A stretch of DNA of 64,000 nucleotides from Vicinamibacterales bacterium (GTDB lineage: Bacteria; Acidobacteriota; Vicinamibacteria; Vicinamibacterales; UBA8438), in contig OZ244881.1 in NCBI GenBank assembly GCA_965221305.1, positions 4,319,505-4,383,504 of the forward strand, in the 5' to 3' direction. The notes under the pieces are model-generated. The model searched no databases. It saw only the letters and a list, made by a program, of their open reading frames with translations, and was not told the origin of the DNA. Of the stretch, positions 27,402 through 36,697 are shown one piece after another; within the stretch, counting starts at the first letter, position 1; each line of letters starts with the position of its first letter. The translations under genes and the position numbers were made by a program.

Positions 27402-28201
27402 CGAGCATCGCGAGCTTGGCGATGGACGCCCTGGTGCTGGCCCACGTCGCGACGGGGTTCGTCGGCCTCGCGGCGTTCTGGATCCCGCTGTTCGCCAGGA
27501 AGGGCGGCCGCGTGCACGTACGGGCGGGCCGTGTCTTCGCTTACTGCGCCTACGTCGTGACGCTGTCGGCAATCATCGCGGCGGCGGGACGCATCGCCGC
27601 CCTCCAGGCGCAGGGCCTCGGCCCCGCGGACCGGCCCGAGACCTACGGCTCTGCGCTCTTCCTCGGCTATCTCGGGGTGGCGACCTTCGCCACGGTGCGG
27701 CACGCGATACGCGCGGTCGAGACGAGGAGGTCGCCGGAGGGGCTGCGGACGCCGTTCCACGAGGCCCTCGCGTGGGCCTCGATCGCCGGCAGCGTCACCG
27801 TCGTCGTTTTCGCGCTGGCGGTTCGGTCCGACGCCTCGCCGATCCTGCTGGGCCTGAGCCCCGTCGGCCTCGTCATCGGGGCGGGCATGCTGCGGCTGAT
27901 GCGCCGCCCCGGCGCGCGGCGCATGGGCTGGTTCTACAGCCACCTGGGGTCCATGCTGGGGGGCGGCATCGCCTTCCACACCGCGTTCGCCGTCTTCGGG
28001 GCGCAGCGGCTGTGGGCCTACGACCTGGCGGGACCACTCGCCGTCGTGCCGTGGCTTCTGCCCACGGCCCTCGGCATTCCCGCCATCGTCGTCTGGACCC
28101 GGTACTACCGGCGGAAGTTCGAACCCCCCGCAACGGGCGGCGTCCTGCCGACTCCGATCGAAGCCGCCGCTAGCCGAGGACGGTTGCGAACGTTCAGATG
28201 A
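27398..28201 (+). CDS. Polytopic membrane protein co-transcribed with padR
   Basis: The ATG overlaps the padR stop (ATGA at 27398-27401). There are 6-7 hydrophobic helices. No family was recognised. Confidence 0.65.
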   Translation: MTSIASLAMDALVLAHVATGFVGLAAFWIPLFARKGGRVHVRAGRVFAYCAYVVTLSAIIAAAGRIAALQAQGLGPADRPETYGSALFLGYLGVATFATVRHAIRAVETRRSPEGLRTPFHEALAWASIAGSVTVVVFALAVRSDASPILLGLSPVGLVIGAGMLRLMRRPGARRMGWFYSHLGSMLGGGIAFHTAFAVFGAQRLWAYDLAGPLAVVPWLLPTALGIPAIVVWTRYYRRKFEPPATGGVLPTPIEAAASRGRLRTFR

Positions 28202-29225
28202 GGTGGCCGGTCCAGCGGCCCGCGAGCACGATGCCGGCCCAGAGCAGCAGGGACGCGCCGCCGGCGAGGCGTGCGGCCGGGGGCGGCTCCTCGGCCGTAT
28301 CCCACGAGGCGATGCCGCGGAACGTGCGGAAGTGGAAGACGGCCATGTTGACGAAGGCCAGCGGCAGCAGCAGGAACTTGATCTGGAAGGCGGTGTTCTC
28401 CACGTAGCCCGGCGCGCGGGTCACGAACATGCCGAAGCCGGTGAGTGCCGTGACCACGAAAGCCGCCCAGGTCCAGGGGAGCAACTTGCCGGTGATCCGG
28501 CTGACCGGGTAGCGGACAGCGGCAAGGCCGAGCAGCCGCAGGTCGACGGTCAGGATGGTGCCGACGACGAGGCCGATCCCGATTACGTGGATCGACTCCA
28601 GCATCGGGAACCACCAAGTGAAGCCGATGTGCTGCGAGAGAGGGTGGTCCTGCAGCCACTGCCAGATGGAGGGGTACGCCTCGAGGCTCTCCCAGGGGAA
28701 CGGGACCGGGAAGGGATCGGTGATGTACTCGGAGTACGCGATCCAGCGTCCCGCCATCATGACGCCGATCCAGAGCAGGAGCGAGGCGCCGGCGATCAGC
28801 CGCGCCACGAGCAGGCGGTCCGCCGTCTCCTCCCAGTAGCCGTGCTCCTTCCGGTTCTTCCAGTAGACGAGGAACGCCAGCCCCACGGCCAGCAGCAGCA
28901 AAGAGAACTTGAAGGTGGCGACGGGGTTGTAGAAGTAGCGGACGGGCCGCGCGAGGACGAAGAGCATGCCGGTGACGAAGTTGACGCCGAGGGCGCACCA
29001 AGTCCACGGCAGCAGCCGCCGTATCATCTCGCTGGCGTCGTGGCCCCGCAGCGCGAGGCCCAGGAACCGCAGGTCGACCATGACGATCGAGCCGACCACC
29101 GTCGCGATGCCCATGATGTGGAACGACTGGGCGATCGGGGGCAGGCCCGGCACGTTGCCGAGCAGGTACACCATCCACTCGCGGGTCGGGCTCTCGGCGA
29201 GGGTCTGGGCGAGAAAGTCGCGCAT
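28194..29225 (-). CDS. Membrane protein made of two tandem homologous halves (DUF6644-like, tentative)
   Basis: Half 1 reads IAQSFHIMGIATVVGSIVMVDLRFLGLA...LLPWTWCALGVNFVTG...ARLIAGASLLLWIGVMMAGRWIAY. Half 2 reads MLESIHVIGIGLVVGTILTVDLRLLGLA...LLPWTWAAFVVTALTG...ARLAGGASLLLWAGIVLAGRWTGH. Confidence 0.75.
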   Translation of the reverse strand: MRDFLAQTLAESPTREWMVYLLGNVPGLPPIAQSFHIMGIATVVGSIVMVDLRFLGLALRGHDASEMIRRLLPWTWCALGVNFVTGMLFVLARPVRYFYNPVATFKFSLLLLAVGLAFLVYWKNRKEHGYWEETADRLLVARLIAGASLLLWIGVMMAGRWIAYSEYITDPFPVPFPWESLEAYPSIWQWLQDHPLSQHIGFTWWFPMLESIHVIGIGLVVGTILTVDLRLLGLAAVRYPVSRITGKLLPWTWAAFVVTALTGFGMFVTRAPGYVENTAFQIKFLLLPLAFVNMAVFHFRTFRGIASWDTAEEPPPAARLAGGASLLLWAGIVLAGRWTGHLI

Positions 29226-29463
29226 GGGTCGGGTCTCTCTTCGGGGCCGGAATCGCGCGGCCGCGGAACGGCGGTCCCCGCGCCGCCATTCTAGCAGCCC
29301 GCGCGGAGAGACCCCGGGGAGCGCCGGAATTGCGAGCCGTCCGGCGGTCCAGCGCCGGCGGGAGAGCGAATCGGGCCATAATCTCCCGACGCGACTCTAC
29401 TTCTCGTCCTCGACGGCCGGCCGGCGACGTGCTGCCGGCTTCGGCGCCGATTGACGCGGTACG

Positions 29464-30225
29464 ATGCGCCTCTACAGCGAGCTCGCGGAGTGGTGGCCGC
29501 TCGTCGACGACCCGGCGGACTACGCCGAGGAGGCCGGCGTCTACGCCGACCGGCTGCAGGAGGCGTGCGACGGACGGATCGAGTCGATGCTGGAGCTGGG
29601 CTGCGGCGGCGGGAACACCGCGCTGCATCTGAAGCGCCGGTTTCCCCGCCTGACGCTCACTGACCTGTCGCCCGAGATGCTGGCGGTCAGCCGCTCCCTC
29701 AACCCCGAGTGCGAGCACCGGATCGGCGACATGCGCACGCTGCGGCTTGGCCGATCGTTCGACGCCGTCTTCGTCCACGACGCCGTCTGCTACATGACGA
29801 CCGAGGTCGACCTGCGGCGCGCCATGGAGACGGCTTGGTCGCACTGCCTCCCCGGCGGCGCCGTGCTGTTCCAGCCGGACTACGTGCGCGAGAGCTTCCG
29901 CGCCGCGGCGTCCCAGGGCGGCTGCGACGAGCCGCCGCCCTCCGGATCCGCCGGCGGGGGCGCGCGCGGGCTGCGCTACCTGGAGTGGGTCTGGGACCCC
30001 GATCCCGCCGATACGCAGTACTTCGCCGACTTCGCGTTCCTGCTGCGCGAGCGCGACGGGTCGGTCCGCTGCGTGCACGAGCGGCACGTCGAGGGCCTGT
30101 TCGCGCGCAGCCGCTGGCTGGACCTACTGACCGAGGTCGGGTTCGAGCCCCGCTGCGTGCCGCTCGTGGTCTCCGGCGTGGAGCCGGGGCGGCACGAGAT
30201 GTTCGTGGGGCGCCGGCCGCGCTGA
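29464..30225 (+). CDS. Class I SAM-dependent methyltransferase
   Basis: Motif I MLELGCGGGNTALHL, post-I LTDLSPEML, and FDAVFVHDAVCYM. Confidence 0.8.
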   Translation: MRLYSELAEWWPLVDDPADYAEEAGVYADRLQEACDGRIESMLELGCGGGNTALHLKRRFPRLTLTDLSPEMLAVSRSLNPECEHRIGDMRTLRLGRSFDAVFVHDAVCYMTTEVDLRRAMETAWSHCLPGGAVLFQPDYVRESFRAAASQGGCDEPPPSGSAGGGARGLRYLEWVWDPDPADTQYFADFAFLLRERDGSVRCVHERHVEGLFARSRWLDLLTEVGFEPRCVPLVVSGVEPGRHEMFVGRRPR

Positions 30226-30491
30226 CCCCCGGAGATCCTCGGGTCAGGCCTCCATCGGGGTCGGACGTGGATGTTCCCTCCCGGTGTCTTGATCGAGGCG
30301 TCGCTGTCGTGTCGTCGCAACGTACCCGTCTCAAGCCGGTCGCCCTGGGCCCGGTCGGCGGGTCCTACGACCTCGACAAGGCGCTTCAGCTCGCCAATCG
30401 CCTCGAAGACGAAGAGACCGTAACGGACACGGTCCTCGGCGGCTCCCGACAACTGCACTACCGGGCAAGCGGCTCGCCCGGAGCGGTGGGC

Positions 30492-31187
30492 TCAGGGGCG
30501 CCGGCAGCGGGCGCCGCCCCCCTCTTCGGCGGATTCGCTGGGTTGCCCCCTGGCGGGTGGGCGGCCGGCGATGGCGAAGGTGATGGTCGTCATTCCGTAG
30601 CGCCCGGTCTCGTGCTCCACGTGAGCGGTCAGCGGGTCCTCCACGTGCCCGGTGTCGATGGTCTGTCGCGCCGCGTCGACCTCTTCGCGGGTCGCCCCCT
30701 TGAAGCAAAGCGGACAGGGGGGCAGGTCGTCGCCGCCGATCCGCACCGGGGGGCCGTAGGTGCGGCAGGCGACGGGGCGCCACGCGTAGACGGCGCAGGC
30801 GCCCGAGTCGGGATCGAGGGCCGGGCACGGGTCCGACGCGAAGGTCTCGTAGAAGCGTGCCTCTTCCGCTTCCGTGGCGAAGACGCCCGCCCGGCCGGCG
30901 CCGAACGCGGGCGCCTGCCGCGCCACCGCCGCCCTCGCCCGGCGGCGAACGCCGGCGGCCCGCCCGGGTTCGGTCTCGGCGAGGGCGCGCAGCCCCTCCC
31001 GGAGCCGCCAGGCGTCGAGCTGGGTGATGGCGAACGGGCCGAAGCAGCAGGGCGTGCACCCGGACTGACAAACGAGATGGGCGCCTGCCGCCGCGCGCGC
31101 GCGGTCCAGCGCGGCGTCGACGAGCGTCAGCAGCCGCCGGTCTCTCGCCTTCAGCGCCGCCGCGGCCGGGTCGGAAGTCTCGCTCAT
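30492..31187 (-). CDS. YkgJ-family (UPF0153) cysteine-cluster protein
   Basis: Start MSETSDP (ATG 31187) overlaps the dipeptidase stop by 4 nt. Cys cluster CQSGCTPCCFG plus later CPAL...CAVY...C residues are present. Confidence 0.7.
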   Translation of the reverse strand: MSETSDPAAAALKARDRRLLTLVDAALDRARAAAGAHLVCQSGCTPCCFGPFAITQLDAWRLREGLRALAETEPGRAAGVRRRARAAVARQAPAFGAGRAGVFATEAEEARFYETFASDPCPALDPDSGACAVYAWRPVACRTYGPPVRIGGDDLPPCPLCFKGATREEVDAARQTIDTGHVEDPLTAHVEHETGRYGMTTITFAIAGRPPARGQPSESAEEGGGARCRRP

Positions 31188-32494
31188 GGGCTGGCCGCCG
31201 CCACTCCCTCGACCGCGCGCAGCACCCGCAGCAGGTTTCCCCCCCAGAGCTGGGCGATCTCGGCCTCGGTGTAGCCCCGCCGCACGAGCTCGAGGGTGAC
31301 GTTGAAGGTCTCGCCGGCGTGGTTCCACCCCACGACGCCGCCGCCCCCGTCGAAGTCGGAGCTGATGCCGACGTGGTCGAGGCCGATCAGCTCGACCGCG
31401 TAGTCGATGTGGTCGACGAACGCGGCGACGTCGGCGGCCGGCCACCGCCGTTCGATCTCGGCCATGCGGCGGTCGTACTCGGCGCGGGCCGCCTCGTCGA
31501 GGCGGGCCAAGTCCGCCGGGCCGAACCGCGGCAGCCCGACGTCCGCCCGCAGGCTCCGGACGGCGTCGTCGCGGGTCGCCGCGGCGTCGCTGACGAAGGC
31601 GCCGAGGGCGACGGTCTGCATGACGCCGCCGTTGTCGCGCAGAGCGAGGAGCTGCTCGTCATCGAGGTTGCGCGGGTTGTCGGCGAGGGCCCGGACGCTG
31701 GAGTGCGAGGCGATGACCGGCGCCCGCGACAGCCGCACCGTGTCGAGCATCGCCGCCCTCGAGGCGTGGGAGACGTCCAGCATCATGCCCAGCCGGTTCG
31801 CCTCGGCCACGACCTCGGCCCCGAAGGCGCTGAGGCCGCCGTGCTCGGCCGGGGCGTCGCCGAGGTTCGGCCGCGGGTTGGCGGAGTCGGCGATGTCGTT
31901 GTGCCCGTTGTGGACGAGGCCGAAGTAGCGGGCGCCGAGGTCGTAGTAGGTCTGCATGAGGGACAGGTCGCGCCCGATGACCCAGCCGTTCTCGATGCCG
32001 ATGGCCGCGACGGACCTGCCGCTCGCGGCGATGCTCCCGAAGTCGTCGGCGGTGTAGGCGATGGCGATGCGGTCCGGGTACATCTCCTCGGCCATGCGGT
32101 GGATGGCCTCGAACTTGGTCATCGCGTCGACCTTGGCCTGCGCCTCGTTCTCCGGCGTCCGCGCCGTCTGCCCCACGTAGACGACGAAGAACCCGGCGTC
32201 GAGCCCGCCCTCCTCCATCTTCGGCAGGTCGACCTGGCGACGCCCGCGCACGCCCGGGTCGACCGCTTCGGTGGCGAAGTCGAGGGGAATGTCGTCGTGG
32301 GTGTCGATGGTCAGCACCCGCTCGTGGATCGCGCGCGCCCGTGCGACGAGCGCCGCTTCCGTCTCCTGGGCCGTGGCGGCGGCCGCGGGCGGAACCGCCG
32401 CCCCGGCGCCGAGCAGCATCAGACCCACCAGCATCGCCCGGGCGCACCGCATGCCGCCCCCTCCCCGAACCAGCCTTGCCGCGAGCGTTGTCAT
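31184..32494 (-). CDS. Membrane (renal-type) dipeptidase, peptidase family M19, exported
   Basis: Motifs IDTHDD, GLVHNGHNDIADS, DVSHAS and ASHSS. A signal peptide is present. The alternative start is MRCARAM. Confidence 0.85.
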   Translation of the reverse strand: MTTLAARLVRGGGGMRCARAMLVGLMLLGAGAAVPPAAAATAQETEAALVARARAIHERVLTIDTHDDIPLDFATEAVDPGVRGRRQVDLPKMEEGGLDAGFFVVYVGQTARTPENEAQAKVDAMTKFEAIHRMAEEMYPDRIAIAYTADDFGSIAASGRSVAAIGIENGWVIGRDLSLMQTYYDLGARYFGLVHNGHNDIADSANPRPNLGDAPAEHGGLSAFGAEVVAEANRLGMMLDVSHASRAAMLDTVRLSRAPVIASHSSVRALADNPRNLDDEQLLALRDNGGVMQTVALGAFVSDAAATRDDAVRSLRADVGLPRFGPADLARLDEAARAEYDRRMAEIERRWPAADVAAFVDHIDYAVELIGLDHVGISSDFDGGGGVVGWNHAGETFNVTLELVRRGYTEAEIAQLWGGNLLRVLRAVEGVAAASP

Positions 32495-32609
32495 GGACGC
32501 CTCCTCTCCCCTCGGTCCGGCCCCGCCCTTGTGGGGGTTCGCCGGCCCTGTCTATACTCGGAACAGGGCTCTGACGACGATACCCTGTCGTGCCCGCCGC
32601 GTCGACGCC

Positions 32610-33758
32610 ATGCTCTCCTGCCAGCGCTCCGCGTTCATCCTGCCTGACGGCGTGCACTACCTGAATTGCGCGTACATGGCCCCGCTCGCCGCCGCCGTGC
32701 GCGCCGCCGGCATCCGGGGCATCGACCGGCGGACGGCTCCGCACCTCATCCGCCCCGAAGCCTTCTTCGACGAGAGCGACCACCTGCGCTGCCTGTTCTC
32801 GCGGGTCGTCAACGTCCCCGATCCGAACCGCGTGGCCATCGTCCCGTCGGTGTCGTACGGGCTGGCCGCCGTCGCCCGCAATGTCCCGGCCTCGCGCGGC
32901 GACAACGTCGTCGTCCTCGAGGAGCAGTTTCCCAGCAACGTCTACGTCTGGCGGCGGCTGTGCGCCGAGCGCGGCCTCGATCTTCGCACCGTCGAGGCGC
33001 CGGCGCGGGACACCCGCGGCCGGGCCCTCGAGTGGAACGGTCGGCTGCTCTCGAGCATCGATCGCCGCACCGCGCTGGTCGCCGTCCCCCACGTGCACTG
33101 GGCCGACGGCACCCTGTTCGACCTCGAACGGGTCGGCGAACGCGCCCGCGACTGCGGCGCCCTGCTGGCCGTCGACGGGACCCAGTCGGTGGGGGCGATG
33201 CCGTTCGACGTGCAGCGCATCCGCCCCGACGCCCTCGTCTGCGCCGGCTACAAGTGGCTGCTCGGCCCCTACTCGACGGGGCTGGCCTACTACGGCCCCG
33301 CCTTCGATCAGGGGACGCCGAACGAGGAGAACTGGATCACCCGCCGCGGCAGCGAGGCGTTCGCCGGGCTCGTCCGCTACCGAGACGAGTACCAGCCCGC
33401 GGCCCTCCGCTACGACGTCGGCGAACGCTCGAACTTCGTGCTCCTGCCCATGCTCGTCGCGGCCCTCGAGCTCATCCTCGAGTGGACGGTCCCCGCCATC
33501 CAGGACTACAGCCGCGCGCTGACCGGACCCCTGGCTCGGACCCTGCGCGAGCGCGGGCACTGGGTCGAGGCGCCGCGCTGGCGCGGCGGGCATCTCTTCG
33601 GGGTGCGGGTGCGCGAGTCCGTCGACCGGACGCGGCTCGCCGAGCGCCTTCACGAGCGGCAGGTCGCGGTGTCGTTCCGCGGCGACGCCATCCGCGTCGC
33701 GCCCTACCTCTACAACGACGCCGAAGACACCGCCGCCCTCCTCGACGCCGTCGAGTGA
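32610..33758 (+). CDS. Aminotransferase class V (cysteine desulfurase/epimerase-like)
   Basis: Start MLSCQRSAFILPDGVHYLNCAYMAP (ATG 32610). Motifs LLAVDGTQSVG and the PLP-lysine region CAGYKWLLGPYSTG are present. Confidence 0.8.
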   Translation: MLSCQRSAFILPDGVHYLNCAYMAPLAAAVRAAGIRGIDRRTAPHLIRPEAFFDESDHLRCLFSRVVNVPDPNRVAIVPSVSYGLAAVARNVPASRGDNVVVLEEQFPSNVYVWRRLCAERGLDLRTVEAPARDTRGRALEWNGRLLSSIDRRTALVAVPHVHWADGTLFDLERVGERARDCGALLAVDGTQSVGAMPFDVQRIRPDALVCAGYKWLLGPYSTGLAYYGPAFDQGTPNEENWITRRGSEAFAGLVRYRDEYQPAALRYDVGERSNFVLLPMLVAALELILEWTVPAIQDYSRALTGPLARTLRERGHWVEAPRWRGGHLFGVRVRESVDRTRLAERLHERQVAVSFRGDAIRVAPYLYNDAEDTAALLDAVE

Positions 33759-33791
33759 ATGGGCCGGGCGCCGCTCCCCCAAGGGCTCCAT

Positions 33792-36449
33792 CTACGGGAC
33801 GACGTCGGCGTCCCTGTCGCCCTCGTCGATCGGCGGGCGGAACTCGATGGGGATGCGCCTCGCGAAGTCGCTGAAGTGCCGGTCGGCCTCGGCGTCGCGC
33901 CCGAGCCGGCTGGCGACGGCTCCCTGGTAGTAGCTCAGGCCGGCCGTCACGAACTCCCGTTGCGCGGCGGTCAGCAGTCCCAGGTGCGGGTCGCGCGCCG
34001 GCGGCGCCGACGCCGCCAGGCGCCGGAGGAAGGCCGCGAGCTCGGTGGAGTCGAACCACCCGGTCGTCCCTGCGCGCTCCTCGCGCTGGGTCACCGGCGC
34101 CAGGTACTCGACGAGGGGCCGGTCGTCGGTGTTGACGGGCCCGGGCGGAATCAGACCGTCGGCCGCCGACAGGTTTCCCGCGTAGAACGGAAGCGTGACC
34201 GCGAGGGCGGTGGCGTCGGGCAGCGGCGCCCCGCCGCTCAGGCGCCGGCCGTTGCGCTCGATCACGGCGGGGTCGAGCCGGGTGGGCTCCGCCGCGCCGA
34301 CGAGCGCCACGAACGGGGTCGCCGGGCTGAAGCTGCCGCGCCACAGCGTCACCTGCTCGAAGACGGCCAGCATCGTGCGCGTCACTAGGTCGAACTCGCG
34401 GCGGGACACCTGGAACAGCGGCAGCCACTGCACGAAGAGCCCCCCGGCCGTGAGCCGGTCGCGAGCCGCTTCGAAGTGCTCTCGGCTGTACAGGCTGCCG
34501 ACGCCGGCCCGCCAGGGGACGAACAGGTCGGCGATGATCACGTCGTAGCGCTCCGCCGTGCCCATCAGGTGATTGCGGGCGTCGCAGGCGCGGACCGACG
34601 CCCGGGGGTCGGTGAAGAGCCCGCCGCTCGGCCGGTCGAAGTACGTCGCGGCGGCCGCGATGACGTCGGACGCGATCTCGCAGACGAGGAGCCGCTCGAC
34701 CGGGTGCCTCAGGACCGTCCCCGCGGTGATGCCGGTTCCCAGGCCGAGGAGGAAGACCCGGCGCGGGTCCGGGTGCGTCATCAGGGGCAGCAGGGCCTGG
34801 TTCTGCTCCTGCTCGATGGCGCCGGTCCCGCCCAGCGTGTAGAAGTTGTTCATCTCGATGCGACGGCTGCCGGCGCGCTCGATGACCGCGACGACGCCGT
34901 CGGGGCCCTCCCAGGTAGCGAGCAGCGCCTCGCCGCGATCCGCGTCGATGTCGACAATGGCGAGGCGCGAGGCGTCGAGCACGGTCCCGAGCAGGGCGAG
35001 GGCGCCGAGGGCGGCCGTCGCCGGCGCCAGTCGCTCGCGAGGCGTGGGCCAGCCGCGCCAAGCGGACGCCAGCGCCAGGGCGAGGTAGCCGGCGGCGATG
35101 AGCCGCACGCTGTTCCAGAGCCCGATCGACCCGAGCAGCACGAACCCCGCCGCGAGGGCGCCGACGACCCCGCCCGCGGTGTTGAGGGCGCCGAGGCGCC
35201 CGATGATGGCGCCCGGCGCGGCCGGCGACCCTTCCGCCGTGCGTAGCAGGTAAGGGAAGACGGCGCCCAGCACGGCCGTGGGGACGAACAGCAGCAGCAT
35301 CGTGTTCGCGAAGATCGAGACGACATAGGGGAGCCAGCCGTCACCCGTGCTCAGCGTGCTGAGCCCGGCCGTCAGGTGGTGAAAGGCGAAGGGCGTCGCC
35401 GCGACGCCGAGCCCCGACAGCGTGAGTAGCATCCACAGCACTCGCGCTGGCGCCGCCCGCACGCGACAGAGGCGGTTCGCGATGACCGAGCCGGCCGCCA
35501 GCGCGGCCAGGAACACCACGAGGACGGTCGAGAAGGTGTACACCGAGTTCTGCAGGACCTGGGCGAACATCCGTGTCCAGAGCACCTCGAGTCCGAGGGC
35601 GAACGCGCCGGCGAGGCCGGCGACCATGGGGAGGAGCCGCCAGGATCCCCCCGCTCCGGCCCCGGCCGCGAGCGGCGGCCGGTCTCTCGAGTCGCCGGGG
35701 CGCCGGCGCCGTTGTCGGCGCTCGGCCGGGGCATCCGGATCGGCTGCGGCTCGACGCTCGTCGGCCTGCGACAGCCGCCAGGCGAGGCCGGCGACGGCCA
35801 CGTTGACGGCCATGGCCAGCAGGTACGCCCGGTCGAAGCCGAGCGCGAGCGGCAGCACGAACCCCGAGAGGAACGCGCCGGCGGCCGCACCGATGGTGTT
35901 GACCGCGTACAGCAGCGCGCCATGGCGGCCGAGTTCGTCCGGTCGTCGCACCAGGTGCTGGCCCAGGACCGGCAGCGTGCCGCCCATCAAGGCGGCCGGC
36001 GGCAGCAGCACGAGCGTCGCCAGGGCGACCCTGAACGCGTTGAAGGCGACGGGGCGGTCGACGAGCGCATCGTAGAGCGGACCGTAGAGCTGGAGGTAGA
36101 CATCGAGGAGCACGAAGTACAGCGCCGCCGAGGTCGCGATGCCCAGCTCGATCCAGGCATAGGCCCGCAGGGGCGAGCGCAGTCGCGGCGACCAGCGTCC
36201 GAACACCGCACTGCCGACGGCGAGGCCGAGAAAGAAGACGGCGAGCGTCGTCGAGGCCGCGTACGCGGTGCTCCCGAACAGAAGGCTCAGCTCCTTGAGC
36301 CAGAGCACCTCGTAGACGAGGCTGGCCGCGCCGGACAGGAAGACGAGGCCGGCGAGCCGGCCGCGGCGCCGGGAATCGTCCGATCGGGGGAGTCGGGCCG
36401 CCGCCTGCATGACCGTCCGATGGTACACGTCCAGCCGGAAGCCCGACAC
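33792..36449 (-). CDS. Fused MFS-like membrane domain / spermidine synthase-like protein
   Basis: The N-terminal ~480 aa are polytopic (GAASLVYEVLWLKELSLLFGSTAYA...). The C-terminal aminopropyltransferase fold has RVFLLGLGTGITAG and YDVIIADLFVPW. It has a GTG start. Confidence 0.85.
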   Translation of the reverse strand: MSGFRLDVYHRTVMQAAARLPRSDDSRRRGRLAGLVFLSGAASLVYEVLWLKELSLLFGSTAYAASTTLAVFFLGLAVGSAVFGRWSPRLRSPLRAYAWIELGIATSAALYFVLLDVYLQLYGPLYDALVDRPVAFNAFRVALATLVLLPPAALMGGTLPVLGQHLVRRPDELGRHGALLYAVNTIGAAAGAFLSGFVLPLALGFDRAYLLAMAVNVAVAGLAWRLSQADERRAAADPDAPAERRQRRRRPGDSRDRPPLAAGAGAGGSWRLLPMVAGLAGAFALGLEVLWTRMFAQVLQNSVYTFSTVLVVFLAALAAGSVIANRLCRVRAAPARVLWMLLTLSGLGVAATPFAFHHLTAGLSTLSTGDGWLPYVVSIFANTMLLLFVPTAVLGAVFPYLLRTAEGSPAAPGAIIGRLGALNTAGGVVGALAAGFVLLGSIGLWNSVRLIAAGYLALALASAWRGWPTPRERLAPATAALGALALLGTVLDASRLAIVDIDADRGEALLATWEGPDGVVAVIERAGSRRIEMNNFYTLGGTGAIEQEQNQALLPLMTHPDPRRVFLLGLGTGITAGTVLRHPVERLLVCEIASDVIAAAATYFDRPSGGLFTDPRASVRACDARNHLMGTAERYDVIIADLFVPWRAGVGSLYSREHFEAARDRLTAGGLFVQWLPLFQVSRREFDLVTRTMLAVFEQVTLWRGSFSPATPFVALVGAAEPTRLDPAVIERNGRRLSGGAPLPDATALAVTLPFYAGNLSAADGLIPPGPVNTDDRPLVEYLAPVTQREERAGTTGWFDSTELAAFLRRLAASAPPARDPHLGLLTAAQREFVTAGLSYYQGAVASRLGRDAEADRHFSDFARRIPIEFRPPIDEGDRDADVVP

Positions 36450-36474
36450 GCGGAGGATCGGTGCGGGCCGGGTC

Positions 36475-36562
36475 GGAGCGCTAGGCGCGCGCGGACTCCT
36501 GCGCCCGCTGCCCCGCCCGTTCCGTCGAGGACTGCGGAGCGCTACGCGCGCGCGGACTCCTG
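36475..36562. repeat. 27-nt near-perfect direct repeat pair in a divergent promoter region
   Basis: ggagcgctaggcgcgcgcggactcctg (36475-36501) and ggagcgctacgcgcgcgcggactcctg (36536-36562) differ at 1 position. Each has GGAG...CTCC ends around a GCGCGCGC core. Confidence 0.7.
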
Positions 36563-36697
36563 GCGGTCGGTCGGGCGCCCGGCGGCGGTCGCGCCCGCGC
36601 CCGCGACCTCCGTGTCTTCCGTCCGCTCGCGCGCAAGGAGCGGCAGGCCGAGCATCGGCGGCACGGCGCGCAGTCGTTGTGACATGATGCGTGCACA

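Noticed and set aside
30290-30491. Plus-strand frame with coding-like GC3 (RTRLKPVALGPVGGSYDLDKALQLANRLEDEETV...) in the gap after the methyltransferase
   Set aside because: There is no credible start and no recognisable family. The frame runs antisense into the ykgJ gene. It may be a gene remnant but is unassignable from sequence alone.
28105-33791. Long minus-strand ORFs 28105..30087 (660 aa) and 31659..33791 (710 aa)
   Set aside because: They are off-frame or antisense to the duplicated membrane protein, the methyltransferase, the dipeptidase and the class V aminotransferase. Their composition is dominated by Arg/Pro/Gly/Asp.
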